Origin: a virus
Lineage: Duplodnaviria > Caudoviricetes
DNA length: 64,000 bases
Reading direction: 5' to 3' (one strand)
IMG/VR virus record: IMGVR_UViG_3300031867_000001
Coordinates: 64,001-128,000 of that record
Shown: positions 9,710 through 18,391 of the stretch, piece by piece
Numbering within the stretch: the stretch's first letter is position 1
Layout: each line of letters begins with the position of its first letter
Notes under the pieces: model-generated
What the model was told of the DNA's origin: nothing
Seen by the model: only the letters and a program-made list of their open reading frames with translations
The model's database searches: none
Program-made: the position numbers and the translations under genes

Positions 9710-10127
9710 GTAGATTCATCCTCTCTTTGATTTGTCGGTTTAATCCATTGTCAATGAATTCCCCATTTTCAACCAGAGAGAAATACTTAAACAGCTTAGA
9801 GTTGATGCGGACTTTGCAAACAACAAATCCATCATCATTCTTCATTAACTGAATATCGATCATGCTGATGATATCATGATAAGCCGCGATCACAGCCTTG
9901 TACAACACATTGAACAATGCATTGTGGAATTCGTCGATGCGGTCTTCATCGATTGGAAGTACATCGGGTGTGAAACCGCACTGATAGAAGTCACTGACAT
10001 GACACTGGATGATATGCTTTTGGTCGTCCTTCAATAACACATTCAGTGCCAAGCCATTATACTTCTTCTCAACATCATACGTTGCTCGTGCAACATTGTC
10101 AATATAAACTATTGCTAATTTATTCAT
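9684..10127 (-). CDS. Hypothetical protein
   Basis: 147 aa ORF in operon. Confidence 0.65.
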   Translation of the reverse strand: MNKLAIVYIDNVARATYDVEKKYNGLALNVLLKDDQKHIIQCHVSDFYQCGFTPDVLPIDEDRIDEFHNALFNVLYKAVIAAYHDIISMIDIQLMKNDDGFVVCKVRINSKLFKYFSLVENGEFIDNGLNRQIKERMNLHEHQSATS

Positions 10128-10169
10128 AATACTTCTCCATTCTTTTTATGATGTATAAACAGTGCCCCA

Positions 10170-12053
10170 TTACAGGGCACCGTTCATAACATCATCGATT
10201 GTGTATATCGGTTTTCCTAAGTTCTGTGCTTTTGCAACTTTGGAAGACTGATATGTGATCTGAGGAATTACCAGTGCTTTCACACCTTTATTCCATGCTT
10301 CTGTTACGTCATAACCCTTCTGCTGTAATAAATTGATTAAGTCTTTATCCCGTGTTCCAGAAATACAGATTGTCCCTTTATCATTCTGCATTGCAACTGG
10401 GATTTCGAATTTGACATAATTGATGATTGTGGATATATCGTCCCAATATCGTGTAATACCAATCCGGATTGCTTGTTCTGTCAGTGGTCCAATACCAACT
10501 GTATCCCACAGAATCTTATTCAAGAAATCATCCGGTGTATCCCGCATACACATTTCGGTTATATCCTTAATCATTTCTGGATTGTTCTTACCATAAACCG
10601 AATCAAGAATAATCTCCCATTTCTTATTGGATACATTTTCACATGGGAATGATCCAAGCCATCTGGATACGGGAACATTGAATGATGATTGTTTCAATGA
10701 ACGAATCATGTTCTGTAATGATCTGAATCCAAATCCATCCACTTCGGCAGCTTCCATCAAATCCATTACATATAGATCAGAGATTTGTCTGATATATCCA
10801 GACTCATACAGTCGCTTTATGAATCCTTCCGAAACACCAAACACTTTCATGTTCTTACAATACCGGATGATGTTACCACATTTCACACCATCACAATTTG
10901 GATTGACACACTTAACTTGCTTCAACGAAGACATGTTAAGCTTCTCTCCACAGATTGGGCATTTGTCTGGGATTGGAATTGGTAATGTTCCATCGCCATT
11001 GGAACCAATGAAGTATGGCACGATGTTGTACATAATACGAACCGTATCTCCAAACTTCAAGTTCATATTGGCAACTCTTTCGAATGTCGACAATCCGACA
11101 TTTTGAACGATGACATTTCCGAATACAACTGGTTCAACAATTGCAACTGGAGTGATATGACCGGAATTACCGAATTGCCAACTGATATCTTTCAGCTTCG
11201 TTTCTTGTACGAGATTCAGTATCTTGATAGCAACTTCATTGGATGGATCTGTTACGACATCTTCATCTTCCTCATCAATGTGTATGGTGGAAGATACAAC
11301 AACTCCATCACATTCAAATTCATATTTCCCAACATTAACGTGAGCTTGATTGGATAATAATCTATCAACGAATGCTTGAATACATTCATAGTCATTCTTC
11401 TGATAAACAACAGATACATCCATCAACATATCCGGAATATGTTGAAACTTCCAAGTGTACACACGTAATGGAACTAATGTAATCAAATTACCAACCTCGG
11501 CATTACGTGATGTAATTGTTGCAGCAACAACATCTCTCGGTCGTTTGTACTTGTGTGAGAATTGTGATTTGAATATGTTGATATCCAAGATTGCTTCAAA
11601 CTTCACGGCAGTTACATCATCATACCACTTTACTATCCAATCATGGATCGTATTGATATGAGACTTGAATACATCTGTTACATCAACAGATTCTCCATTG
11701 TCATAATCACCCCTTGTGAAGAATCTACCGGATGCAACATCATATGCAACAGACGTTCCATCGAACTTTGGTTGAACGCATACCAAATCACTGACTTGAT
11801 GTTTGTTAACCCATTCTTCATATACTGGCTGATTCTCGCGCATTGGTGTTCGTACGCCATAGACTTTTGGAAGTGTTCCGACAACGTCATTCACAGCATC
11901 GGATTGTTTTTGACGTGTAAATGGTCTGGCGGATTCGCCATGTTCTTTGATATACTCTTCCAACAACTTGTCATATTCAGAGTCTTCGATCAAGGGGGTG
12001 CCATGTGAATATGCCTCGATATATTTGTCAAGCTCTTCTTTTGTGATACTCAT
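10170..12053 (-). CDS. ligA: NAD+-dependent DNA ligase
   Basis: IEDSEYDKL, KFDG, TRGD, DGVVV, OB-fold G.ITPVA.VEPV, Zn finger CPICG..C.NPNC, C-terminal BRCT (ISGTR...SSKVAKA). Confidence 0.93.
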   Translation of the reverse strand: MSITKEELDKYIEAYSHGTPLIEDSEYDKLLEEYIKEHGESARPFTRQKQSDAVNDVVGTLPKVYGVRTPMRENQPVYEEWVNKHQVSDLVCVQPKFDGTSVAYDVASGRFFTRGDYDNGESVDVTDVFKSHINTIHDWIVKWYDDVTAVKFEAILDINIFKSQFSHKYKRPRDVVAATITSRNAEVGNLITLVPLRVYTWKFQHIPDMLMDVSVVYQKNDYECIQAFVDRLLSNQAHVNVGKYEFECDGVVVSSTIHIDEEDEDVVTDPSNEVAIKILNLVQETKLKDISWQFGNSGHITPVAIVEPVVFGNVIVQNVGLSTFERVANMNLKFGDTVRIMYNIVPYFIGSNGDGTLPIPIPDKCPICGEKLNMSSLKQVKCVNPNCDGVKCGNIIRYCKNMKVFGVSEGFIKRLYESGYIRQISDLYVMDLMEAAEVDGFGFRSLQNMIRSLKQSSFNVPVSRWLGSFPCENVSNKKWEIILDSVYGKNNPEMIKDITEMCMRDTPDDFLNKILWDTVGIGPLTEQAIRIGITRYWDDISTIINYVKFEIPVAMQNDKGTICISGTRDKDLINLLQQKGYDVTEAWNKGVKALVIPQITYQSSKVAKAQNLGKPIYTIDDVMNGAL

Positions 12054-12388
12054 GACTCATCACCTGTTTCCTCTTTCGCGACAAACGTATCGGTTTCACG
12101 GATCTGACGATAAAAGCATGCATAATGCTCTTCACGTTCTTTGGCATATTGATGAATCTTGAACGCTCCAGAGTTCATCGTGTTCTTGTTGTGATTGTGG
12201 TCCCAGAATACGCCCATTCTTGAAGATGTATACGAACGATGATCAACCCCTGTTTTCAGTGAGATGATCTTGAACAATGCATCTTTCAGAATTGTCGGAT
12301 CTGAGGCTTTGATGATTTTAATGTCCATATCCACGAGTTGGTTTCCTTTGAAGTGTGACAATGATACTGCATACTTCATAAGAATCAC
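12050..12388 (-). CDS. Hypothetical protein
   Basis: 112 aa ORF overlapping ligA start. Confidence 0.65.
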   Translation of the reverse strand: MILMKYAVSLSHFKGNQLVDMDIKIIKASDPTILKDALFKIISLKTGVDHRSYTSSRMGVFWDHNHNKNTMNSGAFKIHQYAKEREEHYACFYRQIRETDTFVAKEETGDES

Positions 12389-12421
12389 ATCCTTTCTTGT
12401 AGTATAATGAATCGTAAATGA

Positions 12422-12565
12422 TTACTCGTTGAATAATTCTTCTAACATCAAATTCGCATCTTCAACAACCGCCATTGACTCTGCGAATAAATAGAACTCT
12501 TCTAACGATTCACAACCCCATTCATCCATAAGTTGGGGAACACTTGTAATCATCATGTTTTCCAT
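12422..12565 (-). CDS. 47-aa acidic protein (MENMMITSVPQLMDEWGCESLEEFYLFAES...), not in ORF track
   Basis: Translated by hand; SD GAGGTG. Confidence 0.6.
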   Translation of the reverse strand: MENMMITSVPQLMDEWGCESLEEFYLFAESMAVVEDANLMLEELFNE

Positions 12566-12584
12566 ATTAACACCTCATTTCTGT

Positions 12585-12686
12585 TTAATGCCATGACGTT
12601 AACAAGTCAGCCAGAATCTCGGCTAAACTACTTCCACTGTCCTCGTTATCGTCATTGTCATTGTCGAATAATACAAACTCTTCCAT
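12585..12686 (-). CDS. 33-aa acidic peptide MEEFVLFDNDNDDNEDSGSSLAEILADLLTSWH, not in ORF track
   Basis: Translated by hand; SD AGGAGG. Confidence 0.55.
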   Translation of the reverse strand: MEEFVLFDNDNDDNEDSGSSLAEILADLLTSWH

Positions 12687-12715
12687 TTCTTTTCCTCCTG
12701 ATGAACTTTATAAAT

Positions 12716-12917
12716 AACCATTTTGAACATTGTGATGAGTTGGTTTGTTGTGGACGTGTGGAAGTTGCTACCTTCCACATTTATTATTTTTTAATTATCC
12801 ACGATTATTCGCAGATGATGCTACCAGTTGTGTCTGGAATATAAACTTCTTGCATTATGTAACACCTCCTTTGTACGGAGAATTCCACTCCGTATATTTC
12901 ACAATGTTCAATTGGTT
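12716..12917 (-). ncRNA. Structured micro-peptide RNA element, copy C
   Basis: Closing stem TTGAACATTGTGA/TCACAATGTTCAA (12899-12911/12723-12735) plus flanks; ACGGAG-TGGAATT-CTCCGT hairpin; GTGGAAG..CTTCCAC hairpin. Confidence 0.8.
12805..12855 (-). CDS. 16-aa micro-peptide MQEVYIPDTTGSIICE
   Basis: SD AAAGGAGG; paralog family. Confidence 0.8.
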   Translation of the reverse strand: MQEVYIPDTTGSIICE

Positions 12918-12960
12918 TTTGGGTAGTATAAGCGGGGGAATATTCCCCCACTTATACCAT

Positions 12961-12980
12961 ATTAATTATATATTTATTTG
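12961..12980 (-). promoter_or_regulatory. Putative phage early promoter AAATAAATATATAATTAAT
   Basis: Same or similar motif recurs at 32984, 45468, 46053 upstream of small non-structural genes, each followed by a hairpin. Confidence 0.55.
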
Positions 12981-13372
12981 CTGATAAAATTATTATCCTC
13001 GGTTAAACCATTTTTGATCAATTCATTGAGTGTGTCTCGCTGCTTTTGTGTCATTATGTATTCAGGTGGACACATATAACCACGTGTGTATACACATATG
13101 CATTTGGATCGAATGATTAACCATTCAACCCAACCATATACAGAGAACTGTTGTTCCGCTTCATCTTGGACATCCTTCATACACATGTCTGGATTTTGTT
13201 TCAATATCATTTCAACCAATTTCCGTTCATGTGATGGGATTGCATAATGAACAACACCATCTTCATCAATAACAGCTTCCATGTAATTGACAAACGTTTT
13301 CTTATGTCTGTCGATTGAAAATGGTAATGCAAATGTTTCTTCAGGTGTGTAAATAAGCTCAACCTTTTCCAT
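12974..13372 (-). CDS. Hypothetical protein
   Basis: Likely start MEKVEL at 13372 with SD AAGGAG. Confidence 0.65.
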   Translation of the reverse strand: MEKVELIYTPEETFALPFSIDRHKKTFVNYMEAVIDEDGVVHYAIPSHERKLVEMILKQNPDMCMKDVQDEAEQQFSVYGWVEWLIIRSKCICVYTRGYMCPPEYIMTQKQRDTLNELIKNGLTEDNNFISK

Positions 13373-13395
13373 TTCAAAAAACTCCTTTATTATGA

Positions 13396-13419
13396 TCATG
13401 GGGGCATATGCCCCCATGA
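13396..13419. terminator. Perfect palindrome/stem-loop after RNAP beta' gene
   Basis: TCATGGGGGCATATGCCCCCATGA. Confidence 0.6.
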
Positions 13420-13430
13420 CTTTGTATTGT

Positions 13431-14819
13431 TTATTCGGACATTCTACCAGCGCAAATTGCAAACCATTCACGGAGTGACAACTGGAATTCACCAGTAACA
13501 TAGTTGGTCATGCAAGAATACATGAATGGTTTGAAGCATTCATAACCAAACTGATCCAAGAATACATAATCCAACTGATCTCCATCAAAGTCCGCATTCA
13601 TTCCACCAAGCGGTTCAATTGTCAAGGAAACCGTATCATCTGCATCTTCGAACTTATAACGCTTTACTTTTACAAGTGCAATAGATGCAAGATTGTTTGT
13701 TGGTTCACGTAACATCAAGCACCATACACCAGCGTCAACAATCTCATCCAAGATCTTAACGATTCTTTGATCACGTTCATTCTCATCAATGAATCGACAA
13801 CTCTCTTCAAGTGTCCAACCATATCTGACAGACAATGTATGTGCAACTTTGTACTTATAAGCACCAAGCAACATATTATACGGAACTGCAATCTCATTGA
13901 TATTGAGTAATGGATCAAGTGTAATAACACCTCTTGCAGAGAAGTGATACGGACCGCCAACAATCTCGGAACGAATGAAACCGGTCTTCTTACCCATTTC
14001 ATTATCGATCAAATGATTACATGCTTCGAGCCAGTTGTTCTGGATACAATTCAGTGCGGAAATGACTTCTACATCAAGTTGCATGTATCGCAGCTGAAAT
14101 TGCAATGCAACAATCTTGGTTAACCAACGATTGATGGTTGGATAGAATTGAGATTCAGATGTTGTATTAACGGGTCTGAATGCAGTTGAATAAATCGGAA
14201 TATGTGATGTGAATACATCATTCTGGTGTTCCAACAGAATCTTCAAGTCTTCTTGCTTGGGTTTTGGACAACAATCCACCATGATGCTTTCGAAATCGGA
14301 CGCAAATGCATCAAATCCAATTCCCATATACTTGTGCTTGTTCTTGGGGATTTTCTTGATAATGGCATTGATGTCATTTGTCGCAACACGTCCACGTTTC
14401 TTTTGGTTCTGACGAGAATCAAATTCGGTATCTGCATCAGAGTATTTTACATCATGATCCGCCTTATAGTTACCGAGAATGAAATTCAGCATATTATTGC
14501 CGATACATCTTTTGATCAAGAAGTAATAAGATGGAGTGATGACTTTATGTTTGTTCAAATTAACCCAACCTGTATAATTGAAGTTCAAGGAATGCAGCAT
14601 AATTTCCGAACCACAGATTGGACACTTCTGACCAATAATGTCTTGACCAATAAACGCACCACAATCACAACGAAATTCACAATCGGTGAATTTGGACGAA
14701 TTCACCAGTGCTTGTGGATCCACTGGTGAATATGTGTCCTCATTCTCTATCTTAAAACCATTCCGAAGAATCATATCGGAATAGTACTCATGTTCCATGT
14801 TAATTCTCTCAATGATCAT
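13431..14819 (-). CDS. Phage multisubunit RNA polymerase beta' subunit (N-terminal/catalytic part)
   Basis: Zn-binding CDCG...CPICG, KTGFIRSEIVGG..FSARGVI, REP, catalytic NADFDGD; ends soon after, so beta' is split. Confidence 0.92.
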   Translation of the reverse strand: MIIERINMEHEYYSDMILRNGFKIENEDTYSPVDPQALVNSSKFTDCEFRCDCGAFIGQDIIGQKCPICGSEIMLHSLNFNYTGWVNLNKHKVITPSYYFLIKRCIGNNMLNFILGNYKADHDVKYSDADTEFDSRQNQKKRGRVATNDINAIIKKIPKNKHKYMGIGFDAFASDFESIMVDCCPKPKQEDLKILLEHQNDVFTSHIPIYSTAFRPVNTTSESQFYPTINRWLTKIVALQFQLRYMQLDVEVISALNCIQNNWLEACNHLIDNEMGKKTGFIRSEIVGGPYHFSARGVITLDPLLNINEIAVPYNMLLGAYKYKVAHTLSVRYGWTLEESCRFIDENERDQRIVKILDEIVDAGVWCLMLREPTNNLASIALVKVKRYKFEDADDTVSLTIEPLGGMNADFDGDQLDYVFLDQFGYECFKPFMYSCMTNYVTGEFQLSLREWFAICAGRMSE

Positions 14820-14848
14820 ATGATCATTCCCCTCCTTCTTTTATACCA

Positions 14849-16492
14849 TCAATCCTTCATGCGTTCAAACAACATTGTGATCATGTCCAGTAAATCAATC
14901 GTCATTTGATTTGCATCATATACCAATGGAACATTTAACAACGATGGATCATTATGATTCACAATCGTGTATGATGTCATAACACTTTGAATGATACGTT
15001 CGATGTATACATTCGCATTCTTCTCACTCAACAGATACTGTTTCAGATTATTCAATCGAACATACTTCTTGATGTTGTTCATATCTTTCAAGGTCAATGA
15101 ACGTGTAGATGTAGACACAGTCTTTGCTGTAAGAATATTGATCAATGGACTGTTTACGGTATCTGCTTCTGTTAATCCATAAATGTCCATCACCAAATGT
15201 CTGACATACAGCAACAAGAAGTACTTCTGTTTCATGCTCAGGATATCCGTGCTGATGGACGAATGGAATTTGTTATACAGCACAGTCGATATCAAACTCT
15301 TGCTCAAATCATTCATCTGAATCAGATTCTGTAAATAGAAATCAACCGAAGATACATCAGTGGTTACAATGATCTTACCAATGATATTGTTCAAGTCAAG
15401 ATAAATCGCCGTATACTCTCCAGGATTAAAGGATCTGATGACACTGATTGGTGCAGAGGATGAAACGTTATCAGCCAATAATTGTGAAATGTCATCATCC
15501 ACATTTACCAAGTGATATCTCAACTGCACTTTTCGTGTGAGCTGTGTTGCACGGGAGACAACCGATTTGATCAAACCAACGCATGAGAATGTTGGGCGTT
15601 TATTCAAGGAATCCCATTCTGATGCAAATGTCAGTTTAATCAATCCTTCACACAACAAGGTCTTGTGCATAATACCCTGAGTGGTTCCAGGTGCAGTTAC
15701 TCCTTCTACTGCGCGCATTTCAAATATATTGGAATTGGACGAGATGCACTGCAAAACATTTTTGTTCACGTAGTTGTACAGTCTGACATACATGTTCGGA
15801 TTGATTTTGTCCATGATATACTTGAATGCTTTTGCAAACAACTCCACCAGATCTTTTGGAGAATTACCAGTGGAAATGATGAAGTGTTCGACATAAATAT
15901 GCATAATCTTAATCATGAAAGATACTGCATACATGTCTCTCAACATTTCAGGAGGGAATAAACCAACGACATTATCACCGACATTGTTGTCATCAACCAT
16001 TTCGAAGATCTTCTTCATGGTTCGTTCCGGAAACAATTCATCATAGATGTCTTTGAAGAATTCATCAAATGTGACGATTGTGTACATCTGTGAATCCGTT
16101 TTATATTTTGCAATCAACATACTTGTCAACAAATCATTGTCATCATCATACAATGCCGTGAAGAAGTTGATCTGTTCACAAATCAAGTTCTGAATCTCAA
16201 GACGTTTACTTCTCAACTGGAAGATCTGAATGTCTGGATCTGGAAGTTGGTTTGGAAATATCAAGTCCCAATTGACAATGATATGAGCACCATTATGACG
16301 TACAATGACATCTTCAGGAATTGGGTTCCATCTGATGAATCTGGTCTTTTTGTACTTACGACCATCCGCACCAGTGGGAAATCCATTATATGGATATTCT
16401 GTTCCATGATGAATGTTATACGTATATGTCTCCTCCGGATCATATGTGTATACCAAAGTCTTGTTCACAACATCGGGCTTTTTCTTCCCCAT
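14849..16492 (-). CDS. Hypothetical protein, possibly RNAP promoter-specificity (sigma-like) subunit
   Basis: 547 aa helical protein directly upstream of beta'; function inferred only from size and position relative to phiKZ gp68/AR9 gp226. Confidence 0.35.
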   Translation of the reverse strand: MGKKKPDVVNKTLVYTYDPEETYTYNIHHGTEYPYNGFPTGADGRKYKKTRFIRWNPIPEDVIVRHNGAHIIVNWDLIFPNQLPDPDIQIFQLRSKRLEIQNLICEQINFFTALYDDDNDLLTSMLIAKYKTDSQMYTIVTFDEFFKDIYDELFPERTMKKIFEMVDDNNVGDNVVGLFPPEMLRDMYAVSFMIKIMHIYVEHFIISTGNSPKDLVELFAKAFKYIMDKINPNMYVRLYNYVNKNVLQCISSNSNIFEMRAVEGVTAPGTTQGIMHKTLLCEGLIKLTFASEWDSLNKRPTFSCVGLIKSVVSRATQLTRKVQLRYHLVNVDDDISQLLADNVSSSAPISVIRSFNPGEYTAIYLDLNNIIGKIIVTTDVSSVDFYLQNLIQMNDLSKSLISTVLYNKFHSSISTDILSMKQKYFLLLYVRHLVMDIYGLTEADTVNSPLINILTAKTVSTSTRSLTLKDMNNIKKYVRLNNLKQYLLSEKNANVYIERIIQSVMTSYTIVNHNDPSLLNVPLVYDANQMTIDLLDMITMLFERMKD

Positions 16493-16524
16493 TTCTATTC
16501 ACTCCTTCTTTGTAAATATTTATG

Positions 16525-17157
16525 TCAAACATTTGTGATTCCACCGGATAAGATTCCTGTGTAAAATACAAACTTACCACTCTTACGCAATCGCTCATCG
16601 ATCTTACGTTCAATGATGGATTTCACGTAAATGAAGTCATCAACAATTGTCAATACAAATGGTGTTTTAATCTCCAAACATTTCTCAATGTTTGTTGGTG
16701 ATGAAGTAATATAAGTTATGTTAGGTTTATCGGATAAGATGGGGATCAAGTCCCCGTGTATATACTTCAATGATGGTGTTTCAAATGATTTTAACATTTT
16801 CTCAATGCCTGGTAAGTATGTGTCTGAATAAAGATATAATTCTGAAATGTTTTGTTTTCTCGCTTCTTGAATAATTTTATATGGGTAAATGAAATTTGGT
16901 ACAACCATTTGAACACTGTCTCTGGCGTCCATATAATTGAAATCAATCGAAAATTCCTTCTTAATCCATGAATTGATATCATATGTTTCGCGGTTGAGAT
17001 AGCTTAGGAGGATGTCCTCAAGGGACATCCTCTTCATCGCTTCTGTACATTTGTTTTTATTTATCATATAACTGATAATGTTGAAACCAATGGCGCTAAC
17101 CACATCTTCATATTGAATGATCAATCCATCTTTTCCAATGAATGATAAATCAATCAT
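16525..17157 (-). CDS. Hypothetical protein (possible degenerate HAD-like fold)
   Basis: 210 aa ORF in transcription operon; weak pattern only. Confidence 0.5.
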   Translation of the reverse strand: MIDLSFIGKDGLIIQYEDVVSAIGFNIISYMINKNKCTEAMKRMSLEDILLSYLNRETYDINSWIKKEFSIDFNYMDARDSVQMVVPNFIYPYKIIQEARKQNISELYLYSDTYLPGIEKMLKSFETPSLKYIHGDLIPILSDKPNITYITSSPTNIEKCLEIKTPFVLTIVDDFIYVKSIIERKIDERLRKSGKFVFYTGILSGGITNV

Positions 17158-17176
17158 ACGATGTCACCCCATGTGA

Positions 17177-17773
17177 TTACATGTTGTCATCACTGTTAAC
17201 AGGGAACTCTTCTGGATCAAGCTTTCTGCGCTTGCCCTTCTCGTAAGCGATCTCGCAGTAATCCTTAATCAGCTCCCAATCACCAAAGTGGTATTTGTCA
17301 CCAACCTTGGTTCCCTTGAATGTGATCGAACGTTCACCAATCTTGTTGTCGTTCAGAGTGAACTTAACGGAAGATCCCTGTCCAACAATCGTAAGAACGC
17401 TCTTGTTATTGAATTCAAAACGAATGCTTGCGGCACCGGGATCGTTGATTTCGTCAAGAACATTTCTGATGACTGCAACATCACCCGGATACAAGAACAG
17501 TCTCGGAAGCTCCTTCGGGGGTTTCTGTTCGTAAACGTCCTTACCATTTGCAGGATCCTTACCAACAGACTGCTTGATTCCGATGAGGGTGAACATAGCA
17601 GAACCGGCATTCCAGATCGAGATGTCCATAATTCCATCAGATCCGTACAGTTTACCGACCGGGAAGTTCTTCTTCTGCTGCTGTGGCTGCTGCTGGTTGT
17701 TACCACCACCATTGTTGTTGTTGTACTGGTTGTTGCTGTTGGAATTAAATCCATTTCCATTGTTAAAACCCAT
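17177..17773 (-). CDS. Putative nucleic-acid-binding protein with N/Q-rich N-terminus
   Basis: MGFNNGNGFNSNSNNQYNNNNGGGNNQQQPQQQ followed by beta-rich domain; C-ending, high-expression-like codon usage. Confidence 0.5.
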   Translation of the reverse strand: MGFNNGNGFNSNSNNQYNNNNGGGNNQQQPQQQKKNFPVGKLYGSDGIMDISIWNAGSAMFTLIGIKQSVGKDPANGKDVYEQKPPKELPRLFLYPGDVAVIRNVLDEINDPGAASIRFEFNNKSVLTIVGQGSSVKFTLNDNKIGERSITFKGTKVGDKYHFGDWELIKDYCEIAYEKGKRRKLDPEEFPVNSDDNM

Positions 17774-17832
17774 AAGTATTCCTCCTTAAAAGAATATAAT
17801 ATAGTATATTAAAGTACACACTGGATTCAATA

Positions 17833-18366
17833 TTATTCATCTTCATCATATAGATGCATAATATCATTTACCGTAAATTGGATACTGGTTAAATCATTTT
17901 TCCGAAGTCCAAACTGTGTCGACAAGAAGTTGTCAGTGTCTTCTTCAAACTCATCAAACCAATCCTTTTTCGATAACTGTTCCAGTGTATATGTACTTAC
18001 GGCTTTGATCAATTCATACAGATTCAACGCATGATCCATTAACGTATCAACATCGTTGATGTTAGTTGGTTCAATACCAAGTTTCTGCTTAATAGAATTG
18101 ATAATATCAATCAATGAAGTTAATGTTTCTCCAATGATGAAATTTCGTAATTGCAAATATGACGGAAAATTATCCGTCACATCTGCTTTGTGTTTATCCA
18201 ACACATCTAACATGTCATTCAATTGATCGATCAAACAATTCAAGTTGATCTTCCATTCATCGGGATCAACAAAGATTGCATCACCGTCAATCTGATATAT
18301 CTGATCAGTCAAGTCATAACGACAACCAGAATACTGTTCAATCCAGTTGTAAAATTCATCCCACAT
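17833..18366 (-). CDS. Acidic hypothetical protein
   Basis: 177 aa ORF with SD. Confidence 0.65.
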   Translation of the reverse strand: MWDEFYNWIEQYSGCRYDLTDQIYQIDGDAIFVDPDEWKINLNCLIDQLNDMLDVLDKHKADVTDNFPSYLQLRNFIIGETLTSLIDIINSIKQKLGIEPTNINDVDTLMDHALNLYELIKAVSTYTLEQLSKKDWFDEFEEDTDNFLSTQFGLRKNDLTSIQFTVNDIMHLYDEDE

Positions 18367-18391
18367 ACATTACATCTCCTTTTGTTGTATA

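Noticed and set aside
12805-12855. Micro-peptides as type I toxin-antitoxin toxins
   Set aside because: 5'-3' pairing is reminiscent, but the peptides are acidic, too short and polar for a membrane helix, and the SD is not obviously sequestered.
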